Shown piece after piece: positions 13,054 to 26,820 of a stretch of 64,000 nucleotides of DNA. The DNA is from Eledone cirrhosa (Eukaryota). The notes beneath the pieces were generated by a model that made no database searches, was not told the DNA's origin, and saw nothing but the letters and a program-made list of their open reading frames with translations. Position 1 is the stretch's first letter; each line of letters opens with the position of its first letter. Location: assembly GCA_964016885.1 (NCBI GenBank), contig OZ024746.1, forward strand, positions 58,528,001 through 58,592,000, in the 5' to 3' direction. The position numbers and the translations under genes are program-made.

Positions 13054-13232
13054 CGTTATAGTATTATATCTTTCATAATACGTGTTCATGATACAAAAAC
13101 GTAGCTTTCACTGGAATTAAGGCTTTGTCGTTTTTGAGTTGAAAATTGTAAAGTTGGGTTCATATGTATTCTGTTCCAACAGCTACTTACTGGTCAGAGC
13201 GAGCTGAAACACGTCTTGTTAGTTGGGAAGTC

Positions 13233-13383
13233 TAATATATATATTATATATATATAATATATATATATATAATATATATATATATATTAATATAATATAT
13301 ATATATATATAATATATATATATATATAATATATATATATATATATAATATATATATATACATATATAATATATATAATATAT

Positions 13384-13415
<32 letters not shown>

Positions 13416-13641
13416 GAGTATATATATATATATAATATATATATATATAATATATATATATATAGTATATATATATATATAATATATATGTATATATATA
13501 TATATATAATATATATATATATAGTATATATATATATATAATATATATATAGTATATATATATATATATATAATATATATATATATATAATATATATATA
13601 TATAGTATATATATATATATAATATATATATATATATATAG

Positions 13642-13672
<31 letters not shown>

Positions 13673-13703
13673 TATATATATATATAATATATATATATAT
13701 ATA

Positions 13704-13746
<43 letters not shown>

Positions 13747-13762
13747 ATATATAATAATAATA
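13233..13762. repeat. Imperfect (TA)n microsatellite
   Basis: Direct inspection. Confidence 0.97.
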
Positions 13763-13796
13763 TATAAGATCAAAAGATGGTTAAAAGAGTTCCATG

Positions 13797-13867
13797 TATT
13801 TTATTATGCGCATTTCAAAAACAAATATCATCATGCAATAACATTTGCGTTTTCGTCAGATAAAATA
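13797..13867 (-). ncRNA. Type I hammerhead ribozyme (family D)
   Basis: Minus strand: tattttat-CTGACGA-aaacgcaaatg...tttgttttt-GAAA-tgcgcATA-ataaaata. Confidence 0.82.
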
Positions 13868-13949
13868 GGGAGACATGATATGAAGGTTAAAACACACTTG
13901 TGAATAATGCAGTTTTAAATGATTTAAAACCTTAATATTATTAAGAACA

Positions 13950-15214
13950 ATACGTAATCTCTTTAACCAACATAACTTAAAAATTGAATTTGATAGCAGC
14001 ATCAAACTAGCTAATTTCTTGCATGTATCTCTTAATCTTGACACTGGCCTATATTACCCTTACCATAAAAACAATGAGAACCTAAATTATGTTAATTTTA
14101 AATCTAACCACCCCACTAATATTAAGAATGCTATAGTTAGTAATATTGGAAAAAGAATATCTAACCTATCTTCTAATAAAAACATCTTTGATGCTAACGC
14201 CAATTACTATAATAACGCGCTTTCTAAAGCAGGCTATCCTGATAAAATCAAATATAGTAAAGAAACAAATTCTAGAAGATCTTACAGTAGAATAATTAAT
14301 CATGATCATTCCAATAACTTTAATAAAAGACCTAGATACAAAAACATAATCTGGTATAATGCTCCTTTCTCCATCTCTATTAATAATAATATTCCTAAAT
14401 TATTCATTAGTGCCTTAAATAAATGCTTCCCTCCCTCACAAATCTATAGTAAAATATTTAACAAACATACTATAAAATTTTCCTATTCGACCTCCTCCAA
14501 CATTTCCAACATTATCACTAAACACAACAATAAAATACTAAATACTAAATCTCTTCCTTCCAACACTGAATATCATAATAATAGTAATAGTACTCCCGAC
14601 GTCATTGTAAACTCTAGGCCAATTTCTGCAAACCCAAATACAACGTCAAACACAACTTCGCTAAATGTTCTTAATCCCATTCTAAATCAAGAAACTATTA
14701 TTCCTATCGTAAATAACATCTCTAATCCAATTCCTTCTATAGATGACATTAGGTCACTCGTTAATAACTCTGCTAATCTCTCTAATCGCAATTGCAATTG
14801 CCCTGTTAAAAATAAATGTCCTCTTAACAACCATTGTCTTGAAAAAAACTTAATCTACGAATGTAAAGTTATAACTGACACCAATTCCTTCACGTATGTT
14901 GGCTCCATTCCTTTAAAGCTCGTCTTTATAATCATCATTCGTCATTTAAATACCAACTTAAAAGAACCAACACGGCACTTTCAGAACTCATATGGTACTT
15001 GAAAGACAAAAATATTAAATATAACATCTCTTGGAAAAAGGTTTCTTCTGCTTCTCCATACTTGAACAGTTCTCTATCCAAGACTTGCAATCTCTGTTTA
15101 AATGAAAAATTTACCATTATATCTAATTTAGATTCTATAATAAATAGACGTACTGACTTGTTTTCTCTCTGCTTGCATAAATTCCACAGAACATTCCATA
15201 AAGTATACAGCTAA
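13950..15214 (+). pseudogene. PLE RT thumb, linker and Cys-rich GIY-YIG endonuclease (frameshift near 14905)
   Basis: YVNFKSNHP, RISNLSSN, IIWYNAPFS, CNCPVKNKCPLNNHC, IYECKV...YVG, then shifted FKARLYNH, TALSELIWYLK, CNLCLNEK, NRRTDLFSLCLH. Confidence 0.9.
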
Positions 15215-15624
15215 TATCTAATACTTTATCAATTTAAAATCCTTTTCTCAAAGGCACATATATATATACTTCTTTAAAAATATACCCATCCTTCTACCTT
15301 ATTTCAAAGTTATTTATTATACATTATATAATACTAGTTACTCATTCTATATCACTCCTATTTATCACTTCCCTTTCTTCCTTTTCCTTTTCTTTTCCTT
15401 TTTCTTTTAACTTCTAACCCCTAATCTGTACCATTTCTCATTGTGCCTAACATAGAAACAATTATTACACAGTACAATATATTCTTACTTTATATCACCT
15501 TGAAAAAATCCTTCGTAAACATAAACATTTTTTGACGTTAGATTATTCATTCACAATTCATTATTTTTTTCTCCCTTTCATGCTCATCTAATATATCCTC
15601 ACTTACATTACTATTGTTTTTTTA

Positions 15625-15800
15625 ATAATACATATCAACATTTTCTTTCCATCGCACATATTATTAAACCCTTAAATATTATTCTTAATACATATTAACA
15701 TTTTATTTCAATCGCACATATTATTAAATCCTTAAATATTATTCTTAATACATATTAACAATTTCTTTTCATCGTACATATTATTAAACCCTTCAATATA
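15625..15800 (+). repeat. Three 60-bp tandem units in the PLE 3'UTR
   Basis: atcgcacatattattaaacccttaaatattattc recurs with period 60. Confidence 0.85.
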
Positions 15801-16135
15801 CAAAGCCTAACTTAACATTATTTTTCTCTTCGTTAATTTTCAAATTCTTTTAATTTATATATTATCTTCCAACGGTTTTTCAACCTCTCTATGTAAAACA
15901 ATATATTTTTTCTCAGTTATAAAAGCTATCTCTCTCTTTCTCTATCACCCATCTCTCCTCTTATCTCATCCTTCCTCACTTTTTACTCTCATCTCCTCCT
16001 CTTTTTCATCCTCCCCCCCCCCTCCCTCAAAAAATGTTTTCCCAATATCACACATGAATCTAAAATTAATTTTCATAAGTTGATTTAAAACTGCACTATT
16101 CACAAGTGTTTTTTAACCTTCATATCATGTCTTCC

Positions 16136-16208
16136 TATTTTATCTGATGAAAACACAAATGTTATTGCATGATGATATTTGTTTTTGAAATATGCGCATA
16201 ATAAAATA
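16136..16208 (+). ncRNA. Type I hammerhead ribozyme (family D, sense to the PLE)
   Basis: tattttat-CTGATGA-aaacacaaatgttattgcatgatgatatttgttttt-GAAA-TATGCGCATA-ataaaata; perfect 8-bp stem I, palindromic stem III. Confidence 0.88.
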
Positions 16209-16245
16209 CATGGAACACTTTTAACCATCTTTTGATCTTATATAT

Positions 16246-16833
16246 TATATAATATATATATATATAATATATATATATATAATATATATATATATAATAT
16301 ATATATAATATATATAATATATATATAATACATATAATATATATATAATATATATATATATATATTATATATATATATATATATAATATATATATAATAA
16401 ATATATATATATATATAATATATATATAATAAATATACATATATATAATATATATATAATATAAATATATATATATAATATATATATATATAATATATAT
16501 ATATATAATATATATATATATATAAATAAATATATATATATATATAATATATATATAATATATATAATATATATATATATAATATATATATAATATATAT
16601 ATATATAATATATATATAATATATATATATATATAATATATATAATATATATATATATAATATATATATATATATATGATATACATATATATAATATATA
16701 TATATAATATAAATATATTTATATAATATATATAGTATATATATATAATATATATATATATATATAATACATATATATATATATTATATAAATATATATA
16801 TATAATATATATATATATGTAATATATATATAT

Positions 16834-16865
<32 letters not shown>

Positions 16866-16892
16866 ATACATATATATATATATTATATAAAT

Positions 16893-16924
<32 letters not shown>

Positions 16925-16937
16925 ATATATATATAAT

Positions 16938-16988
<51 letters not shown>

Positions 16989-17031
16989 CATTTATATATA
17001 TATTATATAAATATATATATATATAATATAT

Positions 17032-17076
<45 letters not shown>

Positions 17077-17120
17077 TATATATAATACATATATATATTA
17101 TATAAATATATATATATAAT

Positions 17121-17165
<45 letters not shown>

Positions 17166-17178
17166 TATATATATAATT

Positions 17179-17211
<33 letters not shown>

Positions 17212-17251
17212 TATATATATAATATATATATATAATATATATATATTATAT

Positions 17252-17287
<36 letters not shown>

Positions 17288-17391
17288 ATATATATATATA
17301 ATATATATATATATTTATATATATATAATATATATATATATAATATTTATAATATATATATATATATAATATAGATATATATAATATATAT
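16246..17391. repeat. Imperfect (TA)n microsatellite
   Basis: Direct inspection. Confidence 0.97.
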
Positions 17392-17446
17392 ATAAATTAA
17401 TAAAATAATGAATAAACAAAGAAACAGTTCCTTATATTATAAAGAT

Positions 17447-17589
17447 TCATCATTTTACGATCGTTTCTAGGATATATATGTGTTCGAGTTGGTATGCATA
17501 TTCTATAGATCTATGTACAATATTTATACAAACTATCAGAGGGAATATACATACCTACACATATATATGCTGTCTTCAGAAATAATGAT
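17447..17589 (-). ncRNA. Type I hammerhead with long stem II (family E, left arm)
   Basis: Reverse complement of 19952-20092. Confidence 0.7.
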
Positions 17590-18115
17590 ATTTGTTTATT
17601 GAAAAAAAACAAAGATTCAATACAATAGGTCTGTTTGGGAACATGTTTTGAATTGACCAATAGAGAGATAGTGAGGGTCAAGATAGTAATATAGTAGTAG
17701 AAGAACCTTAAATTATGGGTAGAGGAAGGTAGATTTCAGTTTTGGATGGAAAAGAATATTATGAATGAAGGATTATTTTAGGGAAGAGATAGGTCTTATG
17801 CTGACCTCAGAAATAATTTTATTTGTTCATTGAATAAAACCAACAAAGATCTAATATATTCTGTCTGTTTGGTAAGAGGTTTAGAATTAACCAATAGAAA
17901 GTTAATAATTGGCCAAATGGTAAAATAGTAGTAATTGAAGCTTATTTTAGGGGTGAAAGTAGGTCAGGTGGTCAGTAAAAGGTATACAAGCAGTTGCTGT
18001 TATAAAATAGTAATGCCAATACAAATATCTAAGGTGACTAAAGTTTTACGATAAGAATGTTAGTGAAAAAAAATACATCTATGAAAAGAATATAAAAATA
18101 ATATATATATATATA

Positions 18116-18197
<82 letters not shown>

Positions 18198-18240
18198 TAC
18201 ACACATACACACACACATATACACACATATATATATGTAT

Positions 18241-18297
<57 letters not shown>

Positions 18298-19254
18298 CAT
18301 ACATATACATGCATATATACATACATACATATATACACACACACATACACACTTACATATACATATAATTATTGGGGGGGGGGGGAATTAAATTTATTAG
18401 TGAGAAATAATAAATATATATAGTTTTCAAGGAACTAAGGAACATAGAGTCATAACCTGAAGTTAAAGCATTATATATGTTTACTTAATGGTATCAGTTT
18501 TAGGAAATGATAGTTGTAAGAAGGAAAGCAAAATTATGTAGTTCATCAGTAGCAGAATATTAATTATAGGTTAACTGAATTAAAAATAGTTTATATATTA
18601 ATTTCTAAAGTGTATATTAATTAGGTTTATAATATTTAAAGGTTTTTCTCAGTTTATGATTACACGATATTATTAATTATTAATTAAATAAGCGACAGGA
18701 ATTAATAATATCGTGTAATCATAAACTGAGAAAAACCTTTAAATATTATAAACCTAATTAATATACACTTTAGAAATTAATATATAAACTATTTTTAATT
18801 TAGTTAACCTATACTTAATATTCTACTACTGATGAACTACATAATTCTGCTTTAAATATTATACACCTAATTAATATACACTTTAGAAATTAATATATAA
18901 ACTATTTTTAATTTAGTTAACCTATACTTAATATTCTACTACTGATGAACTACATAATTTTGCTTTCCTTCTTACAACTATCATTTCCTAAAACTGATAC
19001 CATTAAGTAAACATATATAATGCTTTAACTTCAGGTTATGACTCTATGTTCCTTGCAAACTATATATATTTATTATTTCTCACTAATAAATTTAATCCCC
19101 CCCCCCCCAATAATTATATATATATGTAAGTCTGTATCTGTGTGTGTATATATATATGTATGTATATATGCATGTATATGTATATATATATATATATAAA
19201 TATGTGTATACATATATATATATGTGTGTGTATATATGTGTGTGTATGTGTATA

Positions 19255-19296
<42 letters not shown>

Positions 19297-19951
19297 TATA
19301 TATATATATATTATTTTTATATTCTTTTAATTTCCCCTCATTTTTAACAACACTTTTCAACTGCATTTAACTTTTATTTATCATATCTATATATATTAGT
19401 ATAATTTTATCAATATAAATATACCTATCAATTAAATTAATTTATATTCTTTTCATAGATGTATTTTTTTTCACTAACATTCTTATCGTAAAACTTTAGT
19501 CACCTTAGATATTTGTATTGGCATTACTATTTTATAACAGCAACTGCTTGTATACCTTTTACTGACCACCCTGACCTACTTTCACCCCTAAAATAAGCTT
19601 CAATTACTACTATTTTACCATTTGGCCAATTATTAACTTTCTATTGGTTAATTCTAAAACCTCTTACCAAACAGACAGAATATATTAGATCTTTGTTGGT
19701 TTTATTCAATGAACAAATAAAATTATTTCTGAGGTCAGCATAAGACCTATCTCTTCCCTAAAATAATCCTTCATTCATAATATTCTTTTCCATTCCAAAA
19801 CTGAAATCTACCTTCCTCTACCCATAATTTAAGGTTCTTCTACTACTATATTACTATCTTGACCCTCACTATCTCTCTATTGGTCAATTCAAAACCTGTT
19901 CCCAAACAGACCTATTGTATTGAATCTTTGTTTTTTTTCAATAAACAAATA

Positions 19952-20092
19952 TCATTATTTCTGAAGACAGCATATATATGTGTAGGTATGTATATTCCCC
20001 TGATAGTTTGTATAAATATTGTACATAGATCTATAGAATATGCATACCAACTCTAACACATATATATCCTAGAAACGATCGTAAAATGATGA
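19952..20092 (+). ncRNA. Type I hammerhead with long stem II (family E, right arm)
   Basis: tcattattt-CTGAAGA-...-GAAA-cgatc-GTA-aaatgatga. Stem II helices atatatatgtgt/acacatatatat and ggtatgtatattc/gaatatgcatacc; palindrome ACGATCGT. Confidence 0.75.
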
Positions 20093-20312
20093 ATCTTTTT
20101 AATATAAGGAACTGTTTCTTTGTTTATTCATTATTTTATTAATTTATCTTGACTCTGTTTTCCGTTTTATTGTTCACCGAAAGTAGTTTTTGAATGTATC
20201 TTCTCTTTTCATGATATCCGGACTACATTGAGTTCTTCATACGGATTGGACACTACCGTAAACTTTTGGTAGATTTATCTACATATAATATATATATATA
20301 TATATAATATAT

Positions 20313-20367
<55 letters not shown>

Positions 20368-20408
20368 TAAATATATATATATATATATAATATATATATA
20401 TATAATAT

Positions 20409-20440
<32 letters not shown>

Positions 20441-20567
20441 ATATATATATATATATATAAAATATATATAATATATATATATATATATATAGTATATATA
20501 TATATAATATATATATATATAATATATATATAGATATATATATTATATATATAATATATATATATAA

Positions 20568-20671
<104 letters not shown>

Positions 20672-21242
20672 ATATTTAACTCCGTAATAGCACCACCAAC
20701 TACAAAAACAAAGATGGCTGAACTGCCTTACGTTGAGTACTCTCTATAGTATTGCATTACGATTGACCATACGGAATAGACCAGCTCTATACAGTGGTGA
20801 ACCTGAAACCTGAATATATATATATATAATATATATATATATATAATATATATATATTATATATATATATATATAATATATATAATATATATATATATAA
20901 TATATATATATATATATGATATATATATAATATATATATAATATAATATATATATAATATATATATATATAATATATATATAATATATATATATATAATA
21001 TATATATATATAATATATATATAATATATATATATATAATATATATATATATAATATATATATATAATATATATATATAATATATATATATATAATGTAT
21101 ATAATATATATATATAATATATATAATATATATATATATATAATATATATATAATATATAATAGATATATATATATAATATATATATAATATATATATAA
21201 TTATATATATATATAATATATATATATATAATATATATATAT

Positions 21243-21385
21243 AAGGAACGATCGACTTTCATCAAATCGGACCGAGGGAACAATGTTTCCATTGGTCCTT
21301 TTCCAATTGCTAATACTATCTATCGGTCGCAACTCCAGGTAAAAGAAGCAACGTGAAATAAAGTGTCTTGCTCAAGTACATAACG
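21243..21385 (-). mobile_element. tRNA-derived SINE (family S2), internally deleted
   Basis: Minus strand gaaggcgcgtggct...gagttcgattcc...cttgagcaagacacttt; homologous to 22430-22650 and 31735-31950. Confidence 0.75.
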
Positions 21386-21703
21386 CAGGAATCGAACTCA
21401 CAACCTTACTATTGCGAATCCAATTCTCTAGCCACGCGCCTTCATATATATATATATAATATATATATAATATATATAGTATATATATAATATATATAAT
21501 ATATATATATATAATATAATATATGATATATATAATATATAATATATATATAATATATATATATATATAATATATATATATATATATTATATATATATAA
21601 TATATATATATAATATATATATATAATATATATATATATATAATATATATATATATATCATATATATATAATATATATATATATATATAATATATATATA
21701 TAT

Positions 21704-21735
<32 letters not shown>

Positions 21736-22136
21736 ATATATATATATATATTATATATATATAATATATATATATAATATATATATATAATATATATATA
21801 TATATATAATATATATATAATATATATATAATATATATATTATATAAATAATATATATAATATATATATTATATATATATATATATATAATATATATATA
21901 TTATATATATAGTATATATATAATATATATAATATATAAAATATATATATATATATATAAAATATATATATATATAATATATATATATATATAATATATA
22001 TATAATATATATAATATATAATATATATATAATATATATATATATATAATATATATGTATCATATATATATAATATATATATATATAATATATATATATA
22101 TAATATATATATATATATAATATATATATATATATA

Positions 22137-22168
<32 letters not shown>

Positions 22169-22289
22169 ATATATAATATATATATAATATATATAATATA
22201 TAATATATATATAATATATATTATATATATATATATTGTATCATATATTATAATATATATATAATATAATATATATATATATAATATAT

Positions 22290-22340
<51 letters not shown>

Positions 22341-22429
22341 ATATATATATATATATATAATATATATATATTATATATATATATAATATATATATATTAT
22401 ATATATATATAATATAAATATATATATAT

Positions 22430-22650
22430 AAGGAACGATCGACTTTCATCAAATCGGATCCGAGAGAACAATGTTTCCGTGGTCTTTCCAATTGCTAATA
22501 CTATCTATCGGTCGCAAACTTCAGGTAGAAGAGGCAACGTGAAATAAAGTGTCTTAATGAAGGAGATAACGCAACGCCTGGTGCAGGAATCGTACTCACA
22601 ACCTTACGATTGCGAATCCAATTCCCTAACCACTCAGCCACACGCCTTCA
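22430..22650 (-). mobile_element. tRNA-derived SINE (family S2)
   Basis: Minus strand gaaggcgtgtggctgagtggttagg (A box), gagtacgattcc (B-box-like). Confidence 0.8.
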
Positions 22651-22977
22651 TATATATATATATATATTATTATATATATATATATATATAATATATATAT
22701 ATAATATATATATATATATAATATAATATATATGATATATATATATAAAATATATAATTAATATATATATATATATAAAATATATATATAATATATATAT
22801 TTATATATAATATATAAATATATATATATAATATATATATAATATATATAATATATATATAATATATATAATATATATATAATATATATAATATATATAT
22901 AAATATATATATATATAATATATATATATATAATATATATATAATATATATATAGATATATATATATATATATATAT

Positions 22978-23082
<105 letters not shown>

Positions 23083-23093
23083 ATATATATATA

Positions 23094-23932
23094 TGAAATA
23101 AGGGCGCTGCGGAGTTGCAAACGGGTTACATATGAAAAAAGTTTGTCCTCCATCAGTGATCTTCCAACTATCATAAGAATTTCATCGCTTTAAAGACCAT
23201 ATACCTCCGATTGGTGCGAGCAACGGCTAAAAAAAGTCGTTGGGACACGTAAATAACGGGACGCGAGGGTAAACAAACAAAATGGTGAAGCAACAGAAAG
23301 TGAGGAAGAAGGAGACAAGTCCCAGATTTCTATGAATTTAAGTTCCGGTGAAATCGTGAACGAGAGAATAAAGACCATCAAACCTGGTTGAAATGTGAGC
23401 AAGGAAGGAATTTCGCACAGGTCTAACGGGAGGAAGAAGGGGTCTGGTCTGCGAATTCGGTAAACATAAGTTCTGTGAAATCGTAGATGAGAGAGAAAAA
23501 ATTCCGACCAGCTTGGCCGAGAATGTGAGAGAAAAGAATTACTCACAGGTCAAACGGGAAGAAAGAGGAGGAGGAGAGGTAGTGACAGAGAATGAGTGAG
23601 TTAAGGGTGAGGAAGAGGCTAACAGAGAGAGAGACTGCTAGAAACGGTAAAGATACATAGAACGAAAAAGACGGTGTAGCAGCAGAGGAAAAAATATGTG
23701 TAAATATGATAATAAGGGCCTTGTCTCCTTCTTCCTCACTTTCTGTTGCTTCACCATTTTGTTTGTTTAGCCGTTGCTCGCACCAACCGGAGGTATATGG
23801 TCTTTAAAGCGATGAAATGCCTATGATAGTTGGAAGATCACTGATGAAGGACAAACTTTTTTCATATGTAACCCATTTGCAACTCCGCAGCGCCCTTATT
23901 ATCATATTTAAACATATTTTTTCCTCTGCAGC

Positions 23933-23933
<1 letters not shown>
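23094..23933. mobile_element. Doubly inverted non-coding insertion in (TA)n (PLE-pLTR-like architecture)
   Basis: 23097-23318 is roughly the reverse complement of 23721-23900; 23677-23719 is roughly the reverse complement of 23892-23933. Confidence 0.65.
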
Positions 23934-23972
<39 letters not shown>

Positions 23973-24316
23973 ATATGATATATATATATATATATAATAT
24001 ATATTTATATAATATATTTATAATATATATATATAATATATATATAATATATATATATATAATATATATATAATATATATATATAATATACATATTATAA
24101 TATATATTTATAATATATATATATGTATATAATATATATATATAATATATATATATATTTATAATATATATATAATATATATATATATATAATATATATA
24201 TATATAATATATATATAATATATATAATAAATATATATATAATATATATATATACAATATATATTTAATATATATATATATATAATATATATATATATAA
24301 TATATATATAATATAT

Positions 24317-24348
<32 letters not shown>

Positions 24349-24513
24349 ATATATATATAATATATATAATATATATATATATAATATATATATATATATA
24401 AAATATATATATAATATATATATATATAATATATATTTAATATTCTTTTACCTGTTTCAGCCATCCGGCTGAGGCCATGCTGGGGCACCGCCCTTGATAT
24501 ATATAGATATATA

Positions 24514-24544
<31 letters not shown>

Positions 24545-24549
<5 letters not shown>

Positions 24550-24730
24550 GTCTCTACTTTAGGCACAAGGCCAGTAATTAACCAGTGCATTACTGGTACT
24601 TTATATTATCGACCCCGTAAGGTTGAAATGCAAAGTCAACCTCGGCGGGATTTGAACTCAGATCGTAAAGGGACGTAACTATCCTGGAAAGCATGGCGTC
24701 CGACCCTGTACTGATACTGCCAATCCAATA
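24545..24730 (-). mobile_element. SINE S1
   Basis: Reverse complement of the 12864-13053 family. Confidence 0.85.
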
Positions 24731-24885
24731 ATATATATATATAAGCAAAGGGATATTTATTTTGTTGGTAATTCAACAAATATATATATTTATAACAGAT
24801 TCGAAACACTCGACAAATTTTCTGGTTAAACTCGAACTGTTAATGTCTCGTTCCTGGATATGTCAAAATTTATAAACAAACTTTG

Positions 24886-24946
24886 TATTTTATCTGATGA
24901 GAGTGTACCAAATTTTTATTACCCTTGAAATATATATAATAGAATA
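24886..24946 (+). ncRNA. Type I hammerhead ribozyme (family A-related) in a solo pLTR fragment (about 24745-24990)
   Basis: tattttat-CTGATGA-gagtgta...taccctt-GAAA-TATATATA-atagaata; downstream ataaatatagtttccattt is shared with family A. Confidence 0.78.
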
Positions 24947-25634
24947 AATATCGTTTCATAAATATAGTTTCCATTTATTAATATCATTGATATATATATA
25001 TATACATATTTAGGAAGTTACCTATTAGCTCCCACCGCATGCAGATAGTGTATTATAAAATGAAAGATAAATTAGTATTTTGATATATAAAATATAAGGA
25101 AGATTAGGAGAATAAGACAGACGATAAATTGATAATGTTAAGACTGGTTATGGAAACAACAATGGCTGAATTAATATCAGGAATATTGTATGACAAGAAA
25201 TGTTATAATATTTGGCACAGCAGGTGATACACTCTCTGGACTATGGAGATAACATAATTATTAATACGGGTATAACATAGAGCAGGGAAATAATTGTGAA
25301 GTTACTGAGGAGTGATTACGAAATGAAAAGTGAAAAACATAACGATGTATATGTCTGCTTGTGTGTGTACGTGTGTGTGCGTTTTTATGTATGTGTGTAT
25401 GTGTGTTTGTGCGAGCGAGGGGGTGTTTTTTTCATGTGAGTGTAAGACAATAATTTATACGTGATGATTATTGTTTCATTTATCCGACACTATGGGAAAG
25501 TTGTTTATACAAAATCTGTTATGAATGCAGCATGGAATATGTCTCCTGCTGTTTAAAATAATTGTTGGAAATATATTCTGGAAAAATATCGAAATATATT
25601 AATTTTATCATCGTTGCTATTGCTATTATTAGTG

Positions 25635-26078
25635 GGGTGAAGAAGGGTGCTGGAGCGTCTGACACCAAGCTTCCTGGCATAGATATATATCCCTTTACAT
25701 TCTAAGTTCAAATCCCGCCGAGATTAGCTTTGCCTTCTATTTTTACGTGGTTGATAAATTAAAGTACCAGTAATGCACTGGGGTCGGTTTATCGCCTTCG
25801 CCTCACCCGAAATTGTTGGCCTTGCGCATTAATCAGAAACCATTATTGTTATTATTTTTGTGTGTGAAGAAGACCGGTGGAGGGTCGGATACTATGCTTT
25901 GAGGCATAGAATTACGTCGCTTTACATTCTGAGTTCAAATCCCGCCGAAGTTAGATTTGCCTTTCATCATGACGAGGTCAATAAAATCAAGTACCAATAA
26001 CGCACTGCGGTCGTTTGCATCGAGATTCCCCTCTGCCAAAATTGCTGGCTTTGTTCCTAAATTAGAAACCATTATTAG
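25635..26078 (+). mobile_element. Two diverged tandem SINE S1 copies
   Basis: gttcaaatcccgccga...tttgcctt...gtacca...tggccttg...agaaaccattatt occurs twice. Confidence 0.75.
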
Positions 26079-26082
26079 GGGT

Positions 26083-26410
26083 CTGAAGGCATGTGGCTTA
26101 GGAGTTATAAATATTCCCACCGTAAAGTTTTGAGTTTGATTTCGGTCAGCTTAAGGTGGCCTTCAACAAAACACGATATTCCACGTTACCCCATTCCATT
26201 CAGTAGGGAGGAAATTAGTTGTTCTTATATTTCAAAGGAGAAGCCTTGTCACACACTGTCTCATGCTGAGTCTTCCTGAGAATTACGTTTAATGGCATGG
26301 AATTAGCCCACGTTTCTGTCGTGGTAATATGTGTTGTAATTTTTAATCAAAAACACCGTCTGATCCTGAAAACAACGAGTAAGTGGCTGAGCATTCCACA
26401 GCGTAATTCT
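26083..26410 (+). mobile_element. Diverged SINE related to 62400-62716
   Basis: gaaggcatgtggcttag head; agccttgtcacac...ctgagaattacgtttaa shared with 62560-62610. Confidence 0.6.
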
Positions 26411-26760
26411 AAAGGAGATTCATCAAGACATGATACACGGCAAGGATCACTGAAATATAGATATAGACGCCCTGACAGGCTTCCGAAGAGTTTCAGTCTA
26501 CTCACTTTCATTCGCTGCAATGGTAAATGACTCTTGCCCAAGATGCTATGGAGTGGGGTCGGACCCTGCACATACTGATTGTGCGGAGACCACGTTACAA
26601 GGTGTTATATATAAATATATATATAGATATATATAGAGAGAGCGAGAGAGAGAAGGAGAGAGAGAGGGATGTGCGTGTTCGGTTATTATCGGCTGGGATC
26701 GATTGGGGCCGCCTTAGAATTCAGCTTGACACCAGTTTCGTTGCAACTCATATATACACA

Positions 26761-26820
<60 letters not shown>

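Larger units (their letters stand above)
8700..13232 (-). mobile_element. CR1-group LINE, 5' end apparently retained, 3'-truncated just after the RT FADD motif
   Basis: ORF1 with PHD and CCCH fingers; ORF2 APE endonuclease plus RT; long low-complexity 5' region ending at (TA)n near 13232. Confidence 0.85.
13760..16245 (+). mobile_element. 5'-truncated Penelope-like element (family D): inverted partial pLTR, RT thumb, GIY-YIG, 3'UTR, pLTR
   Basis: 13760-13922 is the reverse complement of about 16080-16245; coding remnant about 13930-15214; both flanks are (TA)n. Confidence 0.9.
17392..20283. mobile_element. Large non-coding fold-back element (family E), probably an inverted PLE pLTR/UTR pair
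   Basis: About 17392-18678 is the reverse complement of about 18700-20148, with a roughly 21-bp spacer; extra tail 20149-20283; one HHR per arm; (TA)n on both sides. Confidence 0.85.

Noticed and set aside
13190-13226. ctggtcagagcgagctGAAAcacGTC resembling an HHR 3' half
   Set aside because: No CUGANGA core; more likely the LINE 5' terminus on the opposite strand
18825-18960. Two CTGATGA words in the right arm of the palindrome
   Set aside because: No downstream stem II plus GAAA; they come from a local duplication of about 114 bp
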